From positions 21,296 to 85,295 of IMG/VR virus record IMGVR_UViG_3300020046_006452: a DNA stretch of 64,000 nt, one strand, 5' to 3'. Positions 38,111-46,957 of the stretch are shown here, in pieces. The translations under genes and the position numbers were made by a program. The notes beneath the pieces were generated by a model. It saw nothing but the letters and a program-made list of their open reading frames with translations. It was not told the origin of the DNA and ran no database searches. The first letter of the stretch is position 1, and each line of letters begins with the position of its first letter. The stretch comes from a virus (lineage: Duplodnaviria > Heunggongvirae > Uroviricota > Caudoviricetes).

Positions 38111-38324
38111 TAAGCCTCCTACACCATCGACTTTTGAGAGCTGAGACGTATGCCTCTAGTGCTGGATCCACTCCTTCCCACATGCCGTTTTGATCCTTGG
38201 TTATTAGGCCTGCCCGTTGAAGGTATTGGTGCACTTGATCGCTTGCATTACTTGACTCGCTCCACTGATTAGGAGAGTAGTAGTAGTGCATCGCTATTCT
38301 GATCAGAAGAGGTGAGTGTTCCAT
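38061..38324 (-). CDS. hypothetical protein
   Basis: 87 aa. Confidence 0.35.
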   Translation of the reverse strand: MEHSPLLIRIAMHYYYSPNQWSESSNASDQVHQYLQRAGLITKDQNGMWEGVDPALEAYVSALKSRWCRRLNVPLPVLQWTVPTTTN

Positions 38325-38566
38325 TACTGTGGTTTAATGGTATCGCACGGGCAATTGTGGATAGGGTTAGTACAGTCCCCAGCATGTACAAGGGTATGGC
38401 TCCCAGTGTATAGTCCCACATAGTCGCAGTTGCGGATGTGGAACACCTGGGCGCCCTCAAAGAAGGCCTCCTTCACCTCTGGGGAGCCTTGTTGTGCGGC
38501 CTTTGGCACTTCGAAACACCCCATGAGGGGGAGCAGCAGGGCGAGAGTAGTAGTGAGCTTGTTCAT
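38324..38566 (-). CDS. Cys-rich lipoprotein
   Basis: LALLLPLMGC lipobox; TATCTTTGAC box 18 nt upstream. Confidence 0.4.
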   Translation of the reverse strand: MNKLTTTLALLLPLMGCFEVPKAAQQGSPEVKEAFFEGAQVFHIRNCDYVGLYTGSHTLVHAGDCTNPIHNCPCDTIKPQ

Positions 38567-38645
38567 GTTTTGCTATTGAGTCAAAGATAAGGCATCCATT
38601 GTGTACCCAGTAACACTAAGTTATGAACAACGGTGGTGGGTGCTG

Positions 38646-38960
38646 TTAGGATGCTTCGATTGTTACCTTGGTGGCAGGCACGATACGAAGTGTTGGTAGC
38701 TCTCCTGTGTCGAGATTCTCGGATAAGAACTCGGATAAGGCTTCGAGACTTTTATATGGACCCGCCCACCAATGGCCATCAGCTGCACTCACTAACGTAT
38801 ACTGATCTACCCCTGTACGTACACACAAGTACAGATCAAGTTGGTTCCTTCCCAACCAGTACCAGTGTCCTTGTTCGAGTTGAATAGGGGCTTTTGTTGG
38901 TTCCTTTCTATTGATTGTTGCTTTCATGCTTGTTGTTATTGCTTGTTCCGTATCAGCCAC
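38646..38960 (-). CDS. hypothetical protein
   Basis: 104 aa. Confidence 0.35.
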   Translation of the reverse strand: MADTEQAITTSMKATINRKEPTKAPIQLEQGHWYWLGRNQLDLYLCVRTGVDQYTLVSAADGHWWAGPYKSLEALSEFLSENLDTGELPTLRIVPATKVTIEAS

Positions 38961-39099
38961 GCGCTAATCGACGCACCAAAGACCCATGATAGCATCAAAG
39001 CAAGCCACTGAACCCAGCGCACGTCTGTGAGTAGCATCAACCAAACAGCATTGAACCCTATTAGGGTCATGGCCCAGTATAGTACGTGATTTCTCATAC

Positions 39100-39402
39100 T
39101 CATGCTTGTTGAAGGTTAAGTTTACGGGCCTTCTTGATTGCTGCTTTGAGACTCCCAGCCCACACCATTACACCATTGATCTCATAGGGTTGTTGACCTT
39201 TCTGCTGGTCTTGAATTGGAGTCTTGTGTACCCTGTACTCTCCTTTGTGTAGTCCCAGCTTGCTGTGAGGCCTCATCGACCTCAGTACTTGCTCTTTGAG
39301 TTGCTCCAAGTCCTTGTAGTGGTCTTGGATGGTTTGCTCGAATAGAGGCCCTACGACCTCTGTGATGTCTTTGCTGGTGGGTGTCTCTTCTGTCTTTGTC
39401 AT
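39100..39402 (-). CDS. hypothetical protein
   Basis: 100 aa; promoter box abuts ATG. Confidence 0.4.
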   Translation of the reverse strand: MTKTEETPTSKDITEVVGPLFEQTIQDHYKDLEQLKEQVLRSMRPHSKLGLHKGEYRVHKTPIQDQQKGQQPYEINGVMVWAGSLKAAIKKARKLNLQQA

Positions 39403-39467
39403 GAAGGCAAAGATAAGCCATCCCTTGTGTACTCAGCAACACTAAGTTATGAATAGCGTTTAGGAGG

Positions 39468-39767
39468 TCACAACGGAAACCAGTCGATCAGAGATCCATA
39501 ATCATCTCTAGCATCTGTACTACCTGTGGCTTGGCCTAAGGTGGCATTGAGGATCTCTAGCCACGGCTTGTTTAGCTGATCGATGTGCTCGGCTATCTCC
39601 TTAAGTAGCCAACTATCCCAGCAGCCACCCTCCTTATAGAACACTGCGTACCAAAAGCCATCCTCTAGTTGGTCTAGCTCGCAGATCTGATGGTTGTGGT
39701 TATCAGCCTCAACTACTATCTTGGTAGTTTTAGGATGAGCTGGGTGGTCTATGATTGCTGTGTTCAT
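39468..39767 (-). CDS. hypothetical protein
   Basis: 99 aa. Confidence 0.4.
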   Translation of the reverse strand: MNTAIIDHPAHPKTTKIVVEADNHNHQICELDQLEDGFWYAVFYKEGGCWDSWLLKEIAEHIDQLNKPWLEILNATLGQATGSTDARDDYGSLIDWFPL

Positions 39768-39771
39768 TGTG

Positions 39772-40101
39772 TCATAGTACTAGTTTGACTCCAAAGTTAG
39801 AACCCCTCTTCTGAAAGGTCCACCTACCATTGGCTACTCCTCGTGTGATTGTGCCCTTGGTGATCAGATCAACCATATCCTTCATGAACATGGTATACTG
39901 GAATCCAGTCAGTTGATCCTCCAAGTCAAAGTAGGCAGCTGATCTTCCACGTTGAAAGCCCTTGATGGTTAGAGCAGCAGTGAACTCAAAGTTATCTACC
40001 CACTTGACCCCCTCGTAAGTGTACAGGCCATAGCCAGCGTAGTGCATTTGGTGTCCCTTCTCAGAAAAGGGTATTTGATAGAGAGTTGGTTTGCTTGGCA
40101 T
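39772..40101 (-). CDS. hypothetical protein
   Basis: 109 aa. Confidence 0.4.
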   Translation of the reverse strand: MPSKPTLYQIPFSEKGHQMHYAGYGLYTYEGVKWVDNFEFTAALTIKGFQRGRSAAYFDLEDQLTGFQYTMFMKDMVDLITKGTITRGVANGRWTFQKRGSNFGVKLVL

Positions 40102-40285
40102 GATGTTAGTATGAAGGGTCTTGGTAAGCTCGACGATGACCTATTGCGAGACAGGAGCCACTCCTCATGTCAGCCCCTCTTTCAACCCACCTCCCGTTCT
40201 TGCGTAGTGAGTAGTACTTAACCCAACTAGCCTGGAAGGATGATTTTGGATGGTACATATACTTCTGTTGTGTGCAATGCGAATT

Positions 40286-40462
40286 ACCATTTTCCACCTC
40301 GCAACTTCTCGCGCTCTCGAATGATGTCCTCGGTAAGGCTCCACACCTCTTCGAGCTTGTCCGTTCGGTCATCATCTTTTTCAAGCGAAATCGCGTGCTG
40401 AAAGCTGAGGCACGCGGCCACAAGCTGGTCAAGTTCTGCCTCCCATTCCTTTCGTGTCATCG
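40286..40462 (-). CDS. small protein (about 58 aa; below the ORF-track cutoff)
   Basis: MTRKEWEAELDQLVAACLSFQHAISLEKDDDRTDKLEEVWSLTEDIIREREKLRGGKW; the longer minus and plus ORFs listed here look non-protein-like. Confidence 0.3.
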
Positions 40463-40472
40463 TTGTACGTGT

Positions 40473-40715
40473 TTAACTGTGTAACCTCAAATCCCAAAAG
40501 CACTGCACACAACTACGTGCATACGGCATTGCAGAGCCAACGCCGTATGCACTTGTCCGATCCTCACTTAGTCCATTGGCATCGATTCGCTCGTAGTCAT
40601 CCCTGACCACACCCACCAACTTGTCTGTGGCATACACAATGGTCATTGGATAGCGATCCGATCCTACCACTAGTGTAGCTCCCATTAGGGGGGCTGGCTT
40701 GATCTGCTCGTTCAC
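40473..40715 (-). CDS. hypothetical protein
   Basis: 80 aa. Confidence 0.35.
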   Translation of the reverse strand: MNEQIKPAPLMGATLVVGSDRYPMTIVYATDKLVGVVRDDYERIDANGLSEDRTSAYGVGSAMPYARSCVQCFWDLRLHS

Positions 40716-41170
40716 GCTCTGAAGCTCTTAGGTACGAACTTAGCAGTAACGTCCTGGATCTCAATAGGCTCTGGGATGTACTCCACCTTGATGCTCTCCA
40801 ATACTCGGGTAAAGAAGTCACCACCAGTCAGTCCTAGGTCGTAGGCATACTCCAGGTAGACGTCAATATCGCTATCCACATCCTCAAAGACCTCATGTAG
40901 GTCGGAGGATAGAGGAGAGTGCTTGGCAACTACCCTCTTGATAGCTTTATTTAGCCCCTCGATCTCTTGGTCAGATGGCTCATATAAGTTGCCGAACCCC
41001 TCGTCCTTGCCGTTCACGCTCCCAAACAGCAGGGCAAAGTCAACAGTGAACTTAGCGTCTTGTTCACTCAGCCCCTCGATGGTCTCGGTCCTGGAGTTAT
41101 CACCGTCATTCTCCCAGGAGTCTACAGTAATGCGATAGCCTGCTGGTATGATTGTTGCTTTAGTCTTCAT
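40712..41170 (-). CDS. hypothetical acidic protein
   Basis: 152 aa. Confidence 0.4.
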   Translation of the reverse strand: MKTKATIIPAGYRITVDSWENDGDNSRTETIEGLSEQDAKFTVDFALLFGSVNGKDEGFGNLYEPSDQEIEGLNKAIKRVVAKHSPLSSDLHEVFEDVDSDIDVYLEYAYDLGLTGGDFFTRVLESIKVEYIPEPIEIQDVTAKFVPKSFRA

Positions 41171-41454
41171 CGTTCTTTGTTGGGTCTTATCACTTGATCT
41201 GTCAGTAACTGGCGGACCTGCTTTTTCTCGTACTCGAGGTGGTTAAGCAGGATGTCAATGCTTTGTTGAATTCGAGCAGGCTCTCCCTTGAGCACCTCAA
41301 TCAATATCTCGTTACCAGTCAGCTTGGCCATACTGGTCAGGGTCTTAACCATAACCTCAGCTTGGTGCAAGGTAGCTAGTACATTATCAATATCACCTTT
41401 AGTCAGTGCCATCTTGCTGTCGCTTATGCTTGTTGCGGTTGTACTTCTTGGCAT
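41167..41454 (-). CDS. hypothetical protein
   Basis: 95 aa. Confidence 0.4.
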   Translation of the reverse strand: MPRSTTATSISDSKMALTKGDIDNVLATLHQAEVMVKTLTSMAKLTGNEILIEVLKGEPARIQQSIDILLNHLEYEKKQVRQLLTDQVIRPNKER

Positions 41455-41669
41455 CTCCGTGGCTCTTTTGAATCATCTTGCGTCGGATGATCTGAGATAC
41501 GTGCCTTGGTGACAACCCCCTGAGTGGATCCTCGCCTTGAGGAGTCTCGTTGGATGAGATGTTGGAAGTATTGCTGTTCATTGTAGTTGAAGTCTAGGTC
41601 ATCATTGAAGTACTGACCCTCTCGCTCAATCCAGTCTAGGAATTGAGCACTCTCCTTGATGTAGCTCAC
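41424..41669 (-). CDS. hypothetical protein
   Basis: 81 aa; N-terminal half protein-like. Confidence 0.3.
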   Translation of the reverse strand: MSYIKESAQFLDWIEREGQYFNDDLDFNYNEQQYFQHLIQRDSSRRGSTQGVVTKARISDHPTQDDSKEPRRCQEVQPQQA

Positions 41670-41947
41670 GAGGCCTTTGTGTTGGTGGTACGCCAGGCCA
41701 TAACAGCAGCAGCATACTGCTCGATGCTATCTGAACTCCAGTTAGGGGGGTACACAGTGGTCACTTTGATTGGAGGCTTACCAACCAACTTGCAAAATGG
41801 TTTCAGTCGGTACAGTACGTTGGTCAAGTCTTTCATGTTGCTTGTTTTGAAGCTAGTCAAATATAAGCTGAGTATTGTGCGCTGAGCAACAGGCTGTTCA
41901 AAACTTCTCGATGCTTGGCACTGCACCACCGTTGTCATACTGGACAC
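41666..41947 (-). CDS. hypothetical protein
   Basis: 93 aa. Confidence 0.35.
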   Translation of the reverse strand: MSSMTTVVQCQASRSFEQPVAQRTILSLYLTSFKTSNMKDLTNVLYRLKPFCKLVGKPPIKVTTVYPPNWSSDSIEQYAAAVMAWRTTNTKAS

Positions 41948-42305
41948 ACTCCTTACCCTTGGAGGTCAGGAACACCATCTCCTTACCTTGCTCATTCTCG
42001 ATAGTGTTAACTAACCCTTTGTCAATCAGACTCTGCAGTGCAGACTCCATTACACATCGTCGTATAGCATCCTCAGCCTCTTCTTGGTTTACGTTTAACT
42101 CTCCAGTAGAGCACCACTTGTCAAATAAGATCTTGCCAAACACCTTTCGGACTGTGGGGCTATCGGTATCGGGGATGTCTACATAGAAGTTGGTATCTTG
42201 AAGTTCTTGCTCCAACTCATCCAATGCTTGTTCTACTTCTTGTGGGTACATGGTGGTGCTATTTGATTTGGTTTTGTTGAGTGAAATGGTCGGGGGTCGG
42301 GTCAC
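41898..42305 (-). CDS. hypothetical protein
   Basis: 135 aa. Confidence 0.4.
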   Translation of the reverse strand: MTRPPTISLNKTKSNSTTMYPQEVEQALDELEQELQDTNFYVDIPDTDSPTVRKVFGKILFDKWCSTGELNVNQEEAEDAIRRCVMESALQSLIDKGLVNTIENEQGKEMVFLTSKGKECVQYDNGGAVPSIEKF

Positions 42306-42381
42306 TTGGTGGCGGCGTTCAACTCATTGCAAACCGCATTGCGCTCCACCGTGTACGGCCCTACTGCGGTTGTCTCGTTGC

Positions 42382-42993
42382 TCATGGCCTGGGTGTGAGT
42401 TGTTCGATGAGCTTCAGTGCTGCGCCGTAGCGGGCCACCTCTTCCCGTGTGTAGCCTTCCATGCGCCCGACCGCTTCGTATTTGTCCAGCCATCCGGCAA
42501 GCGTGTTGACGTGGCAACCGATGGAGATCACATCGTTGTCGGCCTTGGTGATCGTGTGCTTGCCAAGGCATATCGTCCAAGGGGTGCGTTCAACCCGCGC
42601 ATCCCCGGACACCCGCGCATTCCCGGACACCAGCGCATTCCCGGACACCTGCGCATCCCCGTACACCTGCGCATTCCCGTACACCCGCGCATTCCCGGAC
42701 ACCCGCGCATCCCCGTACACCTGCGCATCCCCGTACACCCGCGCATTCCCGGACACCAGCGCATTCCCGGACACCAGCGCATTCCCGGACACCCGCGCAT
42801 CCCCGTACACCTGCGCATTCCCGTACACCTGCGCATTCCCGTACACCCGCGCATTCCCGGACACTAGTCCTTCGATGCGGGCTGTTTTGTCTACCCTGTC
42901 TGGGTGTTGGACCCATCCGCCACCGTTGGCGTGTTGGAAAAGCTCCGTGTCCTTCATCCACGGGTATTTGGCATTGAGTTCTTCGCGTGTCAT
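42382..42993 (-). CDS. hexapeptide-repeat (left-handed beta-helix-like) protein, about 15 x [G-N/D-A-R/Q/L-V-Y/S]
   Basis: repeat block encoded by near-perfect 18-bp tandem DNA repeats at 42590-42860; unique N- and C-terminal segments; ATG at 42993 (MTREEL) gives ATGA overlap with upstream stop. Confidence 0.55.
   Translation of the reverse strand: MTREELNAKYPWMKDTELFQHANGGGWVQHPDRVDKTARIEGLVSGNARVYGNAQVYGNAQVYGDARVSGNALVSGNALVSGNARVYGDAQVYGDARVSGNARVYGNAQVYGDAQVSGNALVSGNARVSGDARVERTPWTICLGKHTITKADNDVISIGCHVNTLAGWLDKYEAVGRMEGYTREEVARYGAALKLIEQLTPRP
42590..42860. repeat. about 15 tandem copies of an 18-bp repeat GCGCAT(T/C)CCCG(G/T)ACACC(C/A/T) (plus-strand reading)
   Basis: near-perfect periodicity of 18 bp; encodes the hexapeptide repeats on the minus strand; explains the open frames on both strands. 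Confidence 0.7.
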
Positions 42994-43298
42994 GTTGTTG
43001 GTGTGATATTGTGCTTGGTGGCTGCGAGGGAGAGGGCGGCATCGCCATCTATGTATGGGCATTCGTCATAAGTCCTTGCGTATGCACAGGCGCCATCCAG
43101 CGCATCCACCAGCGCCTGAACCGTCGCCCGCAGGCTCTCCAGTTCGGCGTGTGTGGTCTTGCGGTCGGCTTCGTACAGGTCGCGAACCATCACTGCCCCC
43201 GCCACATATCCATGTCCTTTGTCACGGATCAATGGACCGTAAAGGAATGCCTCGCCTATTGCGTCATCGCTCACCAGTAGCTCAAGTGTTGCGCTCAT
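42990..43298 (-). CDS. hypothetical protein
   Basis: 102 aa. Confidence 0.4.
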   Translation of the reverse strand: MSATLELLVSDDAIGEAFLYGPLIRDKGHGYVAGAVMVRDLYEADRKTTHAELESLRATVQALVDALDGACAYARTYDECPYIDGDAALSLAATKHNITPTT

Positions 43299-43344
43299 AG
43301 GTAGTGATCAAGATATTCGTAAGAGTCGGGAAGTACGTCGTAGC

Positions 43345-43617
43345 TCATTGGTGGTTAGGGTTACGTGTATTGGAGCAAACAGTACCACCCACCACAATCA
43401 AGGATGCCATATGGCCCTCCTCTGCAGTAGCGAACTTACGCACTAAGGTATGCTTATCGATGTGTTCATCCTCCACCCAAAAGATACCCTCTTGCTCCAA
43501 TTGCTCGGTGGTGGTCTCCAGAGCTAGATAAGTGTCCTGGATACTCCCAGCTACTGAAGTGATTGTCTTCTGAGTCCTCTCGTCGTACGAGATCAGGTTG
43601 AGTACTTCGCGGTCCAT
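43345..43617 (-). CDS. hypothetical protein
   Basis: 90 aa; TATCTTTGAC box about 30 nt upstream. Confidence 0.4.
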   Translation of the reverse strand: MDREVLNLISYDERTQKTITSVAGSIQDTYLALETTTEQLEQEGIFWVEDEHIDKHTLVRKFATAEEGHMASLIVVGGTVCSNTRNPNHQ

Positions 43618-43698
43618 TGTGTTGTTATGCTTTTGCTATTGAGTCAAAGATAAGGCATCGGTTGTGTACTTAGCAACACTAAGTTATGAACACTAATG

Positions 43699-43917
43699 CT
43701 AGCGGTACAGTACTACGAAGTCTCCAAACTCTCGATCAAACACCTCCACTAGGTGCTCGTAGTCCCCAGCTTGCATCTCCTCTATGATTGCCTTAGGGTC
43801 CTTGTCCAGTTGCTTAGCAAGCACCTGAGCGTAACCCATTAGAGCAAAAGCGTTGCCATCAGGTCCAGTGAGGTCAATCTCAATTGGTCCTTGGCGGGGT
43901 TGTTTGTTCTTGATCAT
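43699..43917 (-). CDS. hypothetical protein
   Basis: 72 aa. Confidence 0.4.
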   Translation of the reverse strand: MIKNKQPRQGPIEIDLTGPDGNAFALMGYAQVLAKQLDKDPKAIIEEMQAGDYEHLVEVFDREFGDFVVLYR

Positions 43918-44270
43918 TTGCTCAGGGCCTTTGCTTTGTTTACCTTGGGCTTTGGCATCTCCGAGATCAGCTTGTGATAGAACTGATCCTTACTTAGGGG
44001 TTGACCAAACCTACCAACATCATGGTAATGGCCCCACATATATTCAAAGTTGTCTTTGACTATCTCTTCACTGAGAAAGAGACACCCTGCGTACTGATAC
44101 ACCACTCCCAACTCCAGAGCCAATTGGACATCAAGAGCATTGTTCGTGGTTGGCTCAGGCTCAATATCTAAAGCTAGATCCGGTACCTGGTTTGAGACGT
44201 GTCCCTTGGCCAGGATACACTCCCGATTGAGGTTCAGTGCTACCTCAGCGATTTGCTGCTTTGTCATCAT
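43914..44270 (-). CDS. hypothetical protein
   Basis: start moved to MMTKQQ; the first 33 codons of the listed ORF overlie a tRNA-like element. Confidence 0.4.
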   Translation of the reverse strand: MMTKQQIAEVALNLNRECILAKGHVSNQVPDLALDIEPEPTTNNALDVQLALELGVVYQYAGCLFLSEEIVKDNFEYMWGHYHDVGRFGQPLSKDQFYHKLISEMPKPKVNKAKALSK

Positions 44271-44271
44271 G

Positions 44272-44367
44272 TGAACAAGGTAGGACTCGAACCTACACGC
44301 ACCCTGTGCTTCGCTACCCGAGCTTGCTTCCCTCGGACGATGTGGCTCCCAGTTACACCACTTGCTC
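44272..44367 (-). tRNA. tRNA-like element (about 96 nt) with canonical T-arm GTAGGTTCGAGTCCTAC and GAGCAAG/CTTGTTC acceptor; anticodon region does not fold canonically (9-nt loop)
   Basis: manual fold; acceptor and T-arm clear, D-arm GTGT/ACAT; possibly a type-II or degenerate tRNA. Confidence 0.3.
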
Positions 44368-44416
44368 ATAACGTTATTGACAAATATACAACTTTAACTG
44401 ACTACCTTGCAACCAC

Positions 44417-45142
44417 CTATAACAAGCTGAAGTTTTTACATTCGTCAAGAGAGCGAAGAAAGATTATGTTTGAGTAAGTTGACTTCAAGATCTCGATCTT
44501 ATGTAATTGATTGGCATATGCTGCTGGGTTCTTTGGATCTAGATACAAGTTGTGATCCTCCAAGTAAAAGTCAGGAAAGTAATTATGCTCCAGACCGCTC
44601 TTGTCAACCCACTTGAGTGGAGATGGTCTGCTCCACTTTATGCCCATTTCATCTAATCGGATAGCTAATGCATGCTCCCACGTACTGTCCAGCAACACTC
44701 CTTTGTACTCGATAATGTTTCTGCGAAGTCTTCTATGATCTGATCTCAGGGCCGCGTCGCGCATCCTTTCTATTGACTCAGACTTATGCTTCCTTCCCAG
44801 CTTGTAGCTGTAGTCCACATGAGCGTATTTGCCGTCCGCATGGGCCTTTTTTATAGCGCAACTTCGCTTTTCTATCACTTCCGGCTTCTTATAGGCTGCT
44901 CTACGGTGTGAAAGGAACTCCTCATACTCAACTCGTTTGGGATTTGATTTACACCACCTTGAGTGGTTCATTATCTCAGAGGAAGTAGACACACTCAAAC
45001 TCTTCCACGTAAGCTGACAGTGCTTACAACAGGTTGACTTCCCTCTAGTCAAAGGAGGTTGGCCTGTACAGCAGGCGAAATGCCTTTCGAGGTTGTTATT
45101 AGTGATACTAGCCTTACATCTATCGCACGTGGACTGTCTCAT
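44417..45142 (-). CDS. Zn-finger protein, possible homing endonuclease
   Basis: 241 aa; N-terminal Cys clusters; C-terminal TWEHALAIRLDEMGIKW...YFPDFYLEDHNLYLDPK nuclease-like; sits inside the tRNA region. Confidence 0.35.
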   Translation of the reverse strand: MRQSTCDRCKASITNNNLERHFACCTGQPPLTRGKSTCCKHCQLTWKSLSVSTSSEIMNHSRWCKSNPKRVEYEEFLSHRRAAYKKPEVIEKRSCAIKKAHADGKYAHVDYSYKLGRKHKSESIERMRDAALRSDHRRLRRNIIEYKGVLLDSTWEHALAIRLDEMGIKWSRPSPLKWVDKSGLEHNYFPDFYLEDHNLYLDPKNPAAYANQLHKIEILKSTYSNIIFLRSLDECKNFSLL

Positions 45143-45195
45143 TACCTTTTCTCATAAGTATGGTGAAGGGGATAAAACAGCGATGTTCGGTTTAG

Positions 45196-45268
45196 TAGTC
45201 CTGACAAGATTCGAACTTGTGACCTAGGTGTTAGAAGCACCTTGCTCTGTCCACTGAGCTACAGGACC
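45196..45268 (-). tRNA. tRNA-Arg(TCT): tRNA-Arg (anticodon TCT)
   Basis: GGTCCTG-TA-GCTCAGTGGACAGAGC-A-AGGTG/CTTCTAA/CACCT-AGGTC-ACAAGTTCGAATCTTGT-CAGGACT-A. Confidence 0.7.
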
Positions 45269-45697
45269 AATTTGGAGGACCATGCGCGGGAACGATCCGG
45301 CTGATTTTGTGCTGTCCACAGGGGCTACCTGCAACCTTTCACGAACCATCACCCATGTACTGCAATCTGCTTTTGCTTTTCGTCACGGACTAGCGAAGTC
45401 CATCTCGATCAGCACAGACGCCCACATTGTGAAAGGCCCAAAATACGAGAAGTGAGGTACTTGGTAGGCTGCACCTATATAGCACTATCTATCTCCTTCA
45501 ATGGGGAGCAGCGGCCACAGACCCTTTACCTAGTAGTACTTCGACTCAAGTACTCCACTTCTAACATCATCTAACAGTACTTAATGTGTTGGTGGTGGTC
45601 ATTCCGGGGACTCGGGGACACTAAGGCGTCCATTCCCTCCGATGTGTTTACCTATTGCCACACACCAACACACTAAATCAAAGAACACTACTACCTC

Positions 45698-46117
45698 TCA
45701 TTCGGTAGAGGAGTGTGGCTGACTTGCTGGGGCCGTCTTGTCCCAGCGCTGAAGGCGCCCACAGTACTTACTACCACACTCCTCCCACCTAACCACCGGC
45801 TTCTGCTCACCTATCGCCTGCGAGGGCTTCAGGTATCCGTGGTCGCGGGCGTAGCGCAGTCCGCGCTCAAAGAATGCGCGGGCCATGTCGATTGCGCCGT
45901 CTTGGTCAAGAGCAAGTCCGACATGGGAATCCGCAGGAATGCTGTCCATCGCGGCGCGTCCCACCTCCTCATCGCTCAACTCCATGCCCTGCGCCTCCTG
46001 TGCTTCGGCTTGGGCGATGCAGTCATCCACCAAGTTCATCACGTTAGGCGTGTCCGATTCCTCAGACATCAGTACATCGCGCAGGTCGCGCAGCCTTTGG
46101 CTCAGTGTGGTGCTCAT
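45698..46117 (-). CDS. hypothetical protein
   Basis: 139 aa. Confidence 0.4.
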   Translation of the reverse strand: MSTTLSQRLRDLRDVLMSEESDTPNVMNLVDDCIAQAEAQEAQGMELSDEEVGRAAMDSIPADSHVGLALDQDGAIDMARAFFERGLRYARDHGYLKPSQAIGEQKPVVRWEECGSKYCGRLQRWDKTAPASQPHSSTE

Positions 46118-46129
46118 CGCTGTTCGGGG

Positions 46130-46534
46130 TTAGGGGGTGGCGGGGCGGATGGCATCGCGCCAAGTCTTGATCGGAAACTCTCTGGAGTTGTCCCTGGTAC
46201 ACAGTCCGAACCTGAAATTAGAGCTTTTTATCCATGGAATGCCGTCGCGCAGTTCCAGCACCTTCGTTATGGAACCCAGTCCATCTTCGCGGGCGGCGAG
46301 ACCTCCTGTAATCACCACCCAATCCCCCACCTTCGGCACCCATGCCTCCGCTGGCGCTGATCGGGATTCGAGGGCGGTCAGGCGCTCATGCACAGGCTCT
46401 AACATCTTGCTCACGATGCGCCGGATACGCAGCTCCTCTTCTTCCATCGCAATCTTGCGCAGGTTCAATGCGCGTTCTCCCGCTGCCTTCGGGTTCGGCT
46501 TCTTCGTGGTCTTGGTGGCTGTCTTCTTGCTCAT
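46130..46534 (-). CDS. hypothetical basic protein
   Basis: 134 aa, K-rich N-terminus; long leader carrying promoter cassette. Confidence 0.4.
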   Translation of the reverse strand: MSKKTATKTTKKPNPKAAGERALNLRKIAMEEEELRIRRIVSKMLEPVHERLTALESRSAPAEAWVPKVGDWVVITGGLAAREDGLGSITKVLELRDGIPWIKSSNFRFGLCTRDNSREFPIKTWRDAIRPATP

Positions 46535-46860
46535 GGTCGGTTAAGAGTTGTTGTCGTGATGTTGGTACTCGGGCTTTCCAGGCTCTGGTCCTACTATCTA
46601 TCTTGCTTTTGATCTTCTCTTGCGATCGAGGCAAAGATAGGCTACTTTTGGTTTGTTTGCAACAGTGGTCTCGATAAGTTATGAACCGAGTTATGAACCG
46701 CTGTTGTTGTTGATTGCTTGTTGTTGCTTTTGACGAAGGCAAAGATACGGTGATCTGGCAGGCTGAGCAAACCCTTTTTGGGCTATTGTTGGAAGGCTAC
46801 CGCTAATCCCCTGAGCCTCAGAGAGTTAGCTAACTACCTAGGTATCAGCAAGTTAGCTAC
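46535..46860 (-). promoter_or_regulatory. double promoter cassette: two TATCTTTGCC boxes, tandem GTTATGAAC direct repeat, one CTGAGCCTCAG palindrome
   Basis: boxes about 46625-46640 and 46728-46746 (second lacks an adjacent ATG); GTTATGAACCGAGTTATGAACC at 46676-46699; palindrome about 46807-46822. Confidence 0.45.
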
Positions 46861-46863
46861 CTC

Positions 46864-46948
46864 AAAATCCCGGTTTTAAGCGACGATCTCCTCCTTGGTG
46901 GCACCTTGCCCCAGGCAGGAGGAGATCGTGCCGCAGATCCAGGATTTG
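46864..46948 (-). terminator. conserved stem-loop element, copy 3
   Basis: AAAATCCCGGTTTTAAG-CGACGATCTCCTCC...GGAGGAGATCGTGCC-GCAGATCCAGGATTT; 12-14-bp stem. Confidence 0.45.
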
Positions 46949-46957
46949 GCTATTGGC

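Noticed and set aside
813-41885. Numerous 60-130-aa plus-strand ORFs embedded in long minus-strand genes (e.g. 813..1004, 3347..3652, 10108..10491, 28377..29180, 30079..30564, 33187..33582, 35842..36156)
   Set aside because: They lie antisense to longer, motif-bearing minus-strand genes, have low-complexity composition, and no promoter motifs of the type found throughout the window.
42590-42860. Possible CRISPR array
   Set aside because: Repeats are directly contiguous with no spacers, are 18 bp rather than 24-48 bp, and lie inside a coding region.
42250-43062. Plus-strand ORFs 42250..42867 and 42461..43006, and minus ORFs 42528..42854, 42590..43048, 42302..42580
   Set aside because: All are reading-frame artefacts of the 18-bp tandem repeat. 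Only the minus frame giving the hexapeptide protein has unique, protein-like flanks and a start coupled to the upstream stop.
46386-46742. 118-aa minus-strand ORF
   Set aside because: It spans a promoter cassette and overlaps the better 46130..46534 gene; the sequence (RFITRFITY...) is non-protein-like.
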